Below, piece by piece: positions 17,992 to 27,203 of a stretch of DNA of 39,867 nt. Numbering within the stretch: position 1 is the stretch's first letter; each line of letters opens with the position of its first letter. The stretch comes from an uncultured bacterium (GTDB lineage: Bacteria > CSSED10-310 > CAZUFC01). The DNA lies in contig CAZUFC010000081.1 in assembly GCA_964619725.1 (NCBI GenBank), positions 1-39,867 of the forward strand, written 5' to 3'. The notes under the pieces are model-generated. The model did no database searches. It had not been told where the DNA came from and was given only the letters and a program-made list of their open reading frames with translations. The translations under genes were made by a program, and so were the position numbers.

Positions 17992-19663
17992 GTCCTCCGA
18001 TACGATTTTGTCTTTTAATGATTAGAGCCGTCAGGTCATCTTCCTGATCAACGGCGCCTCGAAATTTCGTCAAGGTTTGATCCAGGAAGTTGAGGATATC
18101 GCCGGCTGTTTTATGGGCATTTTGCTTGATAAGGGGGATGATGTTAGTTTCAAACATATGGTTTTTCACGTTACGGGTTTCGAGGATTCCGTCTGAAAAA
18201 ACGGAAACGATGTCACCGGGATATATGCGTTCGGAACGCACGACGCTGGTTTTTCTGAGATCGACGCCTAAGGGCAGAGAAGAGGCGATATCATGTTCAA
18301 CTGATCCGGATTTCGCTCTATAAATAAATGGGGGATAGTGTCCGGCAAGCCCGTATTCAAGTATGCCGCCGTCGACTTTAAACAGGAGATAAGCGGCTGT
18401 GACGAATCCGGGCCGGGAAGATTTTCTGAGGGCCGTATCGATAGCCTTTAAGACGTTGGAAGGCGACGGGTCTTCATGCACGACGGCCCGGAAAGCTCCG
18501 GTGACCATGGCGGCGAGAAGAGCGCTGTCGGCTCCATGACCGGATGCATCGCCCAGGATCAGCGCCAGTTTGCCGTTCGCAAGCTCCGCAGCATCATAGA
18601 CGTCGCCTCCGATATTATTCGCCGGCAGGCAGAAGGCCGCCATATCGAACATATCTGAAACGGGCAGTTGCGACGGCAAGAGCGCTTTTTGCATATTACG
18701 GGCCATTTCCATTTCCTGCTGCAGCTTGTCGGCTTCCCATAAAGCGGTTATATCCCTCAAGGACAAAAGATAAAGCTGCCTGTCCATATCCTTCACTTCA
18801 ACTCCGCTGTATCCCGAACTCATTCCCTCACGAGTCTCGATGAATTTAAAGGGGTTGAAGGGACTCAATATGGCTTCTACCCTCCGTTTAACGCCCTGCC
18901 TGTTTTTTATCCAAAATGTCTCGGAACGTTCCGTCCCGGCCGTTCGAGGAAAGTTTTCCTGCGTATGTTGAATCCATTGATACATTTTTTCCGGAAGAAA
19001 TTGATTTAAAGGGGTCACGGAATCAGGATTCAATTCAAGATCAAACCATTCTGTACTCTCTGCATTACGCTCATATAAATTCTTGCGGGATATAATCATT
19101 ACAGCTCCCGGAACAGCCTGCCAGAAGGTGAAAGATCGGGTTGCATACCAGGTCATTCCCAGACGCAGCAGTTGTGCCGCCGACGTCAATATGATTTTGG
19201 ACAGAATCCGCCGGTATTCTTCTGCATTAACGGCATGGGCTTTTTCAGAGAAAATCACCAGGGGAAGCACATTTGCCGCCGTATGCTGAAAGATCGGTTT
19301 GTCCGTCGGTATCCCCTTGTATTGAAGGTTCGCCAACGTATAAATTACCGTGCGCCAACCGAATTCGGCATAAAGCTCCTTGAAAGCTTCATCACGGGAT
19401 GCATCCAGCGTTCCCACGGTAAACCGCCCGGAGCCGCTGTCGTTTACTATCTCCAGGCAAAATTTATCATGAATTCTGTTCTCCGATTCAGGAGCTCCCT
19501 TACGAATATATTTGAAATGAAGATCAGAAGGAAGATCAGCCTTCAGTATTTGCGGAACGTATTCCTCGAAAGTCATCAGGGCATATCCCGAAAGGCTCTC
19601 GTCCGTAATGCCTTCATTGACCTTTTTAGCTATCTGTTCAAATTCATCGGGAAGCGAATTCAT
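17981..19663 (-). CDS. PP2C-family (SpoIIE/RsbU-like) phosphatase with uncharacterised N-terminal region
   Basis: EMEMARNMQKALLP, IGGDVYD, LGDASGHGADSAL, AGHYPP, FSDGILE and QEDDLT motifs, preceded by a PAC-like LSLRDIT. Confidence 0.9.
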   Translation of the reverse strand: MNSLPDEFEQIAKKVNEGITDESLSGYALMTFEEYVPQILKADLPSDLHFKYIRKGAPESENRIHDKFCLEIVNDSGSGRFTVGTLDASRDEAFKELYAEFGWRTVIYTLANLQYKGIPTDKPIFQHTAANVLPLVIFSEKAHAVNAEEYRRILSKIILTSAAQLLRLGMTWYATRSFTFWQAVPGAVMIISRKNLYERNAESTEWFDLELNPDSVTPLNQFLPEKMYQWIQHTQENFPRTAGTERSETFWIKNRQGVKRRVEAILSPFNPFKFIETREGMSSGYSGVEVKDMDRQLYLLSLRDITALWEADKLQQEMEMARNMQKALLPSQLPVSDMFDMAAFCLPANNIGGDVYDAAELANGKLALILGDASGHGADSALLAAMVTGAFRAVVHEDPSPSNVLKAIDTALRKSSRPGFVTAAYLLFKVDGGILEYGLAGHYPPFIYRAKSGSVEHDIASSLPLGVDLRKTSVVRSERIYPGDIVSVFSDGILETRNVKNHMFETNIIPLIKQNAHKTAGDILNFLDQTLTKFRGAVDQEDDLTALIIKRQNRIGGRIS

Positions 19664-19740
19664 GTTTTATTTTCCAGATGCTGACCTGTCTTACCTTGTA
19701 AATTTATAAACCGATGAAACATTCTGCCGGCTCGTACGTT

Positions 19741-20172
19741 TTACATGCTGATATAGCGTTTCGATTTCGAATTGCCGATTCTAGCGGCTGCTCTTTCACC
19801 CAGGTCCGCTCCGAAAAGAGCCAGAAGAAAAGCAATGACGCCTCCGATTAAAATCCTGGACAGTGAAAAACCGAAGAATCTCAAAGGGGTGAAGAAGGAA
19901 TAAAGAAAAGTGAAAAAAACAGCGAAAAAAGCGCCCAGCGCCGGTTCCAGGATGCGAATATTGGGGGAAGCGAATCCGATGATTAAACCTCCCAGGAAAT
20001 AGCTTACGAGGATCAGAATGAGTTCGATTTTAAAATGAAGGACATGAGAAACGAATTTTCCGGCCAGTATTCTTCCCGCGACGCCTCCGAGGAGTATTTC
20101 AAGACCGATGAAGATGAAAAAACTGATGAATATCCAGGGACGCGAAACAATTTTTTTTTCAGCTTTAAACAT
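19741..20172 (-). CDS. Small integral membrane protein (~4 TM), function unknown
   Basis: Hydrophobic helices with SYFLGGLIIGFASPNIRILEPALGA. The ATG at 20172 is preferred to the TTG at 20247. Confidence 0.75.
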   Translation of the reverse strand: MFKAEKKIVSRPWIFISFFIFIGLEILLGGVAGRILAGKFVSHVLHFKIELILILVSYFLGGLIIGFASPNIRILEPALGAFFAVFFTFLYSFFTPLRFFGFSLSRILIGGVIAFLLALFGADLGERAAARIGNSKSKRYISM

Positions 20173-21012
20173 AATAAAACCAGTTGCAGTATCCGACAGA
20201 GTGATTAAGAACCTATGATCGAAGAAAGCCGATAATGAATCGACCAACTGCAGAGAAATACTAGCGCTTAAGCATAACCATTCTCAAGTGAAAAGCCGGG
20301 AGAACGCATCAGAAGCGGGGATGCAAGAGGTAAGCAGAGTCCATGGCTGCCCCCCGTCCAGGCTGTCCCCAAACAATTTCCAAATGCATCAATTTTCCAA
20401 ATCCTCCGCTCTTTCAGCCATCCGCTCTACCGTCCATCCGCTCTTCCATCCCTTCTCCTTTTCATTCCGCATCATTGATTTTTTGAATCTCTCGCTGTGG
20501 CGCTTTCCATCACAACGTCCGGCCTGGGGTATTGTGCGGCTTCATTTTGCCATTGCGTCGTCACTTTTCGTTTTCCAGGATGCTGATGGATGTTTCTGAT
20601 TAAATTTCAGCATCAAATTTGTTTTCAAGACTGATCAGAAGGGGATTGCAATCTTTGCCGATCCTTTTGCTCCCTTATCCGTGATGATCCGAGCTATCCG
20701 CTGCAGCCTTAGACTTAACAATTGTTTCCAAGAATCCGTATGATCTGATCAGCGCCATGTTTTTGATTTTTATCGAAGTATGGGTTAAACTCATTAATGT
20801 TCTTTGTCTGAGCGCCCGGATCGAACTATACTTATCAGTTTTCATACGTAATATCCAGACGAAAGCGGCTATAGGTGTAAAAAGCGGGAAACGTGCGTTT
20901 TGTCCTCTGCTGAAAAACCGATATATGAGTCAGCAGGGGAAAGGCGGTAAGGAGAAAGGGCGGAAGGCATTAGAAAAATGAAGGAGATCGGCAACATCGG
21001 GAGGAAAGGATC

Positions 21013-24000
21013 ATGATTTTTTTGAAGGGGAATGGTATATCATCAAGGATTTTTTTAATCGCTTTTGTGTTGTTCATTATCCTTATTTTGTTTCCGGGGG
21101 GTCCAGGCGGTTGGAATATTGTAAACAGCGGAGGAGTAGCTTTTGACGGCAGGAACGGATGGGAGTGCGTTTCAGCGGAGCCTGTGGAACCCGCCGCAGC
21201 CAAAAGAGCGCGTGTGGTGGAAGCAGAACAACGGCCAATGTTTTCGGGGCGTCAGGGCTTAATATCGGAAACGGATGCAACGCCAGAGATTGAGGAACTG
21301 GCGCGTGCTTTACATTATGATCCGATAATGATTTACGATTACATAAGAAATAATTTCGATTATGTCCCGACGTTCGGTTCGGTCAATGGCGCGACGGGAG
21401 CTTATTATGCCGGGCGCGGCAATGATTGCGACCTGGCTTCCCTGTTCATAGGCCTCATGCGCGAATCCGGCTTCGACGCAAATTACGTCATTGGAGACGT
21501 CTGGTATGAACCGGACGTTTTAGCGAACTGGCTGGGGGTAGAAGAGAACATATACGCGGTGATCAATGTCCTGGCCCGGGGCGGAATACCTGTTTTGCCC
21601 TATCCGTGGCCTCATCCGGTCCTGATTACCCGCGTATGGGCGACAGCGGCGATTGAGGGAACGGACTACGTGTTCGATCCGGCCATGAAGCAATATGACG
21701 TCACACAGGGAATAGATGTGGGTTCGGCGACCGGATTCGATTATACGGCCTTTATCGATCAGGCCATGGAAGGCGCTTCGACAGGCGATTATTATATTCA
21801 GGACATAAATGAAAATAATATAAGGTCTGCTGTCAGCGCTTACAGCATGAACCTGGCGGACCACATCGAACAGCAGATGCCGGAAGGGGGCATGCAAGAC
21901 CTGTTAGGCTGCAGAAGCATAATAATGTCCGATACGGAGAGTCTGCCGACGACGCTTCCGTCGGCTTATGCCGTAGACAGTCAGACCATCTATGCCGAAT
22001 TGCCGCAGTCGATGCGTCATACGATAAGCATAGAGCATCACGGTATCGATATTGAATTCAATACGTATGAGTTGACCGGAAAGAGAGTCACAATTTTTTA
22101 CCGGGAATCGGACAATGCGCCGCAGTTGTTTATTGAAGGGGAAGTCATTGATACAGGGAATCCTACTACACCCGGGGAGCTGTACGATATGACGCTGGCG
22201 ATAGATCATCCTTATGCGGCAATGGAAGGCGAATACGGGGACCAGGAGGCGGACATCACCCTGGTCAGCGGTTCGTCGTATGCCGTCATCACGTCGTTCG
22301 AATCCGCGTCTGAGAAGTTGATTTCCAGGAGAGAGAAGGCGCTCAATCGCAGCGCGTATTATTCCGAAGAGGAGGATTCTGAGCCTGTTCTTGGTGAGAC
22401 CATGAATGTTGTGGGATTAAACTGGAGCCTGCAATGCCGGAGATTCAACAAAATAACGGGGAAACTTTCCGGAGTCGTTTCTGTGCAGCACCATCAGGCA
22501 GGGATAGTCGGGCAACAGGAAGGTTATTTCATCAGCATCCCGATGGAAATGATGAGCGTCACCTCGATTGAGGACGATCAGCAAGCGTCGCGAGACGCTT
22601 ACCGGGCGATGATGGTTATGGGCAGCGCACTGGAGCACAGCATACTTGAGCAGAGGCAGGGAAGCGAGCATCCTGCGGTCTCTTCGGTGAGGTTGCTTCA
22701 GATGAATAATGAAGCGGGGTCCAGGACTTACCTGGCCGATCAGGACAATTGGGCCGAGGTCCAGGAGCAGATACACGATTACGAGGAGCCTGTTTTGGAT
22801 CTTATCGATGCTTACATTGATGCCGGTTACAAGGCCGTATTGCCGGAAAACGGAAATATTGAATACATCGAATGGACTGGAGCAGGATTCATTCTTTACC
22901 GCTTATCCGGAGACGGCGTTTCAATACGGACGCTGGTGGGAGGTCACTATTTCGGCGGATGGTCGGTTGAGCGGGGTCAGATGAATTCGCTGCTCTCGAG
23001 ATTCCTTTATCGTTTAACATATGATGCATGTTATACCTGGCTTGATCTTCTCAGCAACGAGCCGGTTGATATGACTACAGGAGCATACGTCATGGATGCG
23101 ACCGACCTGGCTGTGCCAAAGATGGACCCGGATGGATGGGGCTTCACCCGCTACTACAACAGCGGCCGAAATTATTCTCCTGGACTGCTGGGACTCGGAT
23201 GGTCGCATCGCTACGAAATGAGCGCTCAGACAGTGACTAATCCCAATCCTGTCCTGGGCTCCAGGTCTCCTGTCGATGCTTCTTCTGCAGTTACTGCCGC
23301 CTACGTATTGAAAAGCCTTCTGGATGATCAGGCGGAGCTGCAGGCATGGATGATCGCTTCATGCACGGCAAAATGGTGTGCCGATCAGTTACTCGACAAT
23401 GCGGTATCCATAAGTCTCGGCGACAGGAATTTTCTGTTCTCTCAACTCGCTGACGGCAGTTACTGGGCCCCTCCGGGTATCGGTTTTACTCTTCATAACC
23501 AGGGCGGCGGCTGGGCGGTCGCAGATTACAGCGGCTCAATATTTCAATTCGATGCCGAGGGTAGAATCGAAAGTTGGGCTGATAATAATCAGAACACCAT
23601 GAATTTTACTTACAATGTCGACGGCGACCTGGATACCGTCACCGATTCGCACAACCGCACGCTGACTTTCGAATACGAGGAAGGTTTCATAGAGAGGATC
23701 GTCGACAATGCCGGACGTTCGGTCTCTTATGTATATACGGATGACCTGTTGACCGGGATAGTCGATCCGGGCGGCAATACCTGGACATACGGATATGATG
23801 CCGAAAACAGGATGAGCAGCATGGCTAATCCTCTGTCCAATACGCTGGTCGTCAATCACTACGATTTCGCCGACAGGGTTGAATACCAGGAAGATGTCTT
23901 CGGAACGGCTTTCGATACTTTTTACCTCAGCGGATTCAGAAATGAGCAGGAAAATGCTTACGGAGAATCGACGACATACGTTTATGGTCCTCAAGGGAAC

Positions 24001-27000
24001 CTGATCCGCACGATCGACCCGGTCGGCAATTCAATTTATTACGAGTATGACGGGCATGGTCGTATGACCCTGCAGACTGACCGGCTGGGGGGCGAAAGCA
24101 GGTTTGCTTATCATCCGGTTACCGGCGAAATTACGGAGAAAACCAATCCCCAGGGACATACCACGACTTATGATTATCAACCCAGGTCGGCGGCTTCAAA
24201 ACTTTCCGGACGCGATAACGGGTTCTACGATCTGGCGTCAGTCGAATTTCCCGACGGCAGCAGCGAACAATACATTTATGACGACAATGGAAACATACTA
24301 ACCCGCATTACACGGTTGGGCGATACCTGGACCTATACCTACAATGGGCAGGGAAGACTCGCAACCTCCACGAATCCCAAAAACGGCGTCATAACCAATT
24401 TATATAATATTGACGGCGCTTTGATACAGGTTCATGATCCGGAACTGGGCGCTATTCAATACAGTTACGATCAACTGGGACGACGCACAAGAATACGCTT
24501 TCCGGACAATTCCAATTACCTGGCTGAATATGACGTTTTCGGCAGGCTGACTGAAGAAACGGACGAAAGAGGGAATACTTACATTTATGAATTCGATTCT
24601 GCGGGAAATAAAACCAGGGTCATAGACCCCGCTCTTCAGAGCATAGAATACAGATACGACCAGATGAATCGTTTGACGACGTTGTTTGATAAAAGAGGGA
24701 GTCCGACTCATTACGGGTACGATTTGATGGGACGTATGACCTCATCAACGGATGCGACCGGCTTTACGACGACGTTCGGATTCAATGACAGGGGACTGCG
24801 GAATTCCCTGGGCATAGACGGTCAGGAATGGATCACCGGCTTTGATGCAGAGGGAGTCGCTGTCGCTGAAACTTCTCCTGAAGGGCGCAATTTTTCCTAC
24901 CTGACGGATGCGCTCGGTCATGTGACGGAAGCCCGGGACCCGTTGTTGAACAGTACGATTTTCGAACGAGATGAATTGGGTCGTACGACGAAAGTCATCG
25001 ATCCTGATCAGAAAAGCTCCCAATTCCAGTTCAACGATTCGACCGATATCATCTCGATAATCGTCCAGGGATTGCCTGCGACAGGCTATGAGTATAACCT
25101 GCTCGGTCAGTTGTCCGATTTAACCGATCTGAATGGGGAAATATGGCAATTCGAATACAGCGCTATGGGCAGGAAAACCGTCATGTCGGACCCGAACGGC
25201 TCATCCTGGCTGATGGAGTATGATTCGCGAGGACGTCAATCCAATGTCGTTTTCCCCGATTCGGCGGTCCTGGATATAACTTACGACGATGCGGGCAACC
25301 TGACGAAAAGATCCTTCGCCGGCGCTTTTGATTTGAACTATGCCTATGATGAGTTGAACCGGCTTACCTCCACAGACGGAATATCATTCGAATATGATCA
25401 GGAAGGAAATGTGACCCAGACATACAACGCAGATGGAAAAGCTTTCGGTGCGGAATACGATGCTGCCGGTCGCCTGACGAGATTGACCTACGACGATGAA
25501 CTTTTTTACGTTCAATATTCGTACGATCCGAACAAGGGGTACCTCACGGGATTAAGCGACAGCCTGACCGGAGCGAACATGCAATTCCAATACGACGGCG
25601 ATTTCAGAATAACCCGCATTAATCGCAGCAACGGAGTTAACACCTCATATGAATGGGATGATGCCGGGCGATTGACGAGCATTCAACATGGTTCGCTCGG
25701 GAGTATCGATATGACGCTTAATCCTGCCGGACTGACCGTAAGCCGGAATACCGATCTGCCCTTGGAACCAGCCGATCTCGTTGCATCAGAGAATATCGGA
25801 TACCTCTATGATGCAGCATGTCAACTCATTACGACGGGATTCGAATATGATGCCAGGGGAAGGTTGACGACTATGCCGGAAACGACTTTTGAATGGGATG
25901 CCGCCGGACGTTTGACCGCAATCGGCGATACCTTGCTGAGTTATAACGGCTTGAATGCGCTCAGCTCCAGGGAAATGACGGGCGGCGATACGAGTAATTA
26001 TTATTATAACAGGGCGATTGTGCAATTTCCGATAATAACGGAGCAGAAGACGGGTTCCGGAGAAATGATGAGGTATTACGTTGCTTTGCCGAGCGGAAGA
26101 CTGGTCTACCTCATAGAATCAACGACGACCGATACCGTATCCTTCTTTCATTTCGACGAATCAGGCAATACGCTTTTTCTGACCGATACCCAGGGCATGG
26201 TTACCGATTCCTACGCCTATTCGCCTTATGGAAGCCTTCTGGAACACATCGGCACGAACGACCAACCGTTTACTTTTGCAGGCGAATTCGGCGTCAGAAA
26301 TGAGGAGAACGACGGAACGCTTTATCATATGGGAATGCGGTATTATGATGCCGTCACGCAGCGGTTCCTCTCCCGGGAACCTGTCTGGCCCGATATCCAC
26401 CAACCGCTCAAGATAAATCCCTATCAATACGCCAAACTGAATCCTGTTACTTACTCCGATCCCCTGGGAACCGATCCCACAGAGAGCAAGAAAAAGAAAA
26501 CTCTTATCGATAAAGCGATCGACCAGGGTAAAAAATTCGCTGCTGACCAGGTGGTCGACACAACCCTTACGACTATCGCTGAAAAAGCCATCGGAGCTAC
26601 CGGCCGCTATATTGCCGGTCCAATAAGCATTATCCTCACAAGCGATGCAGAGCTGGGCGTGGGCAGTGAAAGAAGCGATGCAGACAGAAATCGAGATAAA
26701 TATCATAGATCAATAACGGATGCGCTCGAGAAACTCGATTATGCTGTTGAGATGTATAAACAAACCGGTGGATATTATCCTGAGCTTCGCAAGGGTGAAG
26801 TCCCGGCGGATTATGCTGAAAGACTCAGCTACGGACCCCAGGTTATTAAAGATGTATTCCTGGGAAAATACCATTATTATAATTTGCGAACCTTAACTCC
26901 GACAGTAGCCCAGACGGAGGATGCCGCCAGGCAGGTCCAGGATTTGACGGCCAGGCTCCAACAACAGAATTACAATGATGCGCTTGAGGAAGTTATTAGC

Positions 27001-27192
27001 GATTACATCGGACTCTATGTCAAGAATATACCGTTGCTGAACGCGGAAAAAGAGTTGTGGAAGGCGTACGAAACGGGAATGGGATTAAACTATTACAAGG
27101 AAAGGCAGGCGTTCCTTGAGGAGATGGAAACTTGGTCAGATCGACAAGCGCTGGAATTCATAAACAAAATGCTCCATTCAAGGTACAGGTAG
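21013..27192 (+). CDS. Signal/TM-led transglutaminase-like + DUF6531-like + YD/RHS repeat protein with ~240-aa C-terminal extension
   Basis: Hydrophobic N-terminus, IYDYIRNN..GNDCDLASLFIGLMRESG..VFDP (TGase-like), EPVDMTTG..FTRYYNS..LGLGWSH, many YD..GRL repeats, and RHS core PFTFAGEFG..LYHMGMRYYD..RFLS..NPYQYAKLNPVTYSDPLG. Confidence 0.92.
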   Translation: MIFLKGNGISSRIFLIAFVLFIILILFPGGPGGWNIVNSGGVAFDGRNGWECVSAEPVEPAAAKRARVVEAEQRPMFSGRQGLISETDATPEIEELARALHYDPIMIYDYIRNNFDYVPTFGSVNGATGAYYAGRGNDCDLASLFIGLMRESGFDANYVIGDVWYEPDVLANWLGVEENIYAVINVLARGGIPVLPYPWPHPVLITRVWATAAIEGTDYVFDPAMKQYDVTQGIDVGSATGFDYTAFIDQAMEGASTGDYYIQDINENNIRSAVSAYSMNLADHIEQQMPEGGMQDLLGCRSIIMSDTESLPTTLPSAYAVDSQTIYAELPQSMRHTISIEHHGIDIEFNTYELTGKRVTIFYRESDNAPQLFIEGEVIDTGNPTTPGELYDMTLAIDHPYAAMEGEYGDQEADITLVSGSSYAVITSFESASEKLISRREKALNRSAYYSEEEDSEPVLGETMNVVGLNWSLQCRRFNKITGKLSGVVSVQHHQAGIVGQQEGYFISIPMEMMSVTSIEDDQQASRDAYRAMMVMGSALEHSILEQRQGSEHPAVSSVRLLQMNNEAGSRTYLADQDNWAEVQEQIHDYEEPVLDLIDAYIDAGYKAVLPENGNIEYIEWTGAGFILYRLSGDGVSIRTLVGGHYFGGWSVERGQMNSLLSRFLYRLTYDACYTWLDLLSNEPVDMTTGAYVMDATDLAVPKMDPDGWGFTRYYNSGRNYSPGLLGLGWSHRYEMSAQTVTNPNPVLGSRSPVDASSAVTAAYVLKSLLDDQAELQAWMIASCTAKWCADQLLDNAVSISLGDRNFLFSQLADGSYWAPPGIGFTLHNQGGGWAVADYSGSIFQFDAEGRIESWADNNQNTMNFTYNVDGDLDTVTDSHNRTLTFEYEEGFIERIVDNAGRSVSYVYTDDLLTGIVDPGGNTWTYGYDAENRMSSMANPLSNTLVVNHYDFADRVEYQEDVFGTAFDTFYLSGFRNEQENAYGESTTYVYGPQGNLIRTIDPVGNSIYYEYDGHGRMTLQTDRLGGESRFAYHPVTGEITEKTNPQGHTTTYDYQPRSAASKLSGRDNGFYDLASVEFPDGSSEQYIYDDNGNILTRITRLGDTWTYTYNGQGRLATSTNPKNGVITNLYNIDGALIQVHDPELGAIQYSYDQLGRRTRIRFPDNSNYLAEYDVFGRLTEETDERGNTYIYEFDSAGNKTRVIDPALQSIEYRYDQMNRLTTLFDKRGSPTHYGYDLMGRMTSSTDATGFTTTFGFNDRGLRNSLGIDGQEWITGFDAEGVAVAETSPEGRNFSYLTDALGHVTEARDPLLNSTIFERDELGRTTKVIDPDQKSSQFQFNDSTDIISIIVQGLPATGYEYNLLGQLSDLTDLNGEIWQFEYSAMGRKTVMSDPNGSSWLMEYDSRGRQSNVVFPDSAVLDITYDDAGNLTKRSFAGAFDLNYAYDELNRLTSTDGISFEYDQEGNVTQTYNADGKAFGAEYDAAGRLTRLTYDDELFYVQYSYDPNKGYLTGLSDSLTGANMQFQYDGDFRITRINRSNGVNTSYEWDDAGRLTSIQHGSLGSIDMTLNPAGLTVSRNTDLPLEPADLVASENIGYLYDAACQLITTGFEYDARGRLTTMPETTFEWDAAGRLTAIGDTLLSYNGLNALSSREMTGGDTSNYYYNRAIVQFPIITEQKTGSGEMMRYYVALPSGRLVYLIESTTTDTVSFFHFDESGNTLFLTDTQGMVTDSYAYSPYGSLLEHIGTNDQPFTFAGEFGVRNEENDGTLYHMGMRYYDAVTQRFLSREPVWPDIHQPLKINPYQYAKLNPVTYSDPLGTDPTESKKKKTLIDKAIDQGKKFAADQVVDTTLTTIAEKAIGATGRYIAGPISIILTSDAELGVGSERSDADRNRDKYHRSITDALEKLDYAVEMYKQTGGYYPELRKGEVPADYAERLSYGPQVIKDVFLGKYHYYNLRTLTPTVAQTEDAARQVQDLTARLQQQNYNDALEEVISDYIGLYVKNIPLLNAEKELWKAYETGMGLNYYKERQAFLEEMETWSDRQALEFINKMLHSRYR

Positions 27193-27203
27193 GAGGTGAT
27201 GAC

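Noticed and set aside
20288-20981. Two short plus-strand ORFs upstream of the RHS gene
   Set aside because: Low-complexity or AT-rich intergenic sequence without RBS or motifs.
27132-27203. Longer TTG-start version of the RHS partner gene
   Set aside because: It overlaps the RHS 3' end, and ATG 27204 has a strong GGAGGT RBS.
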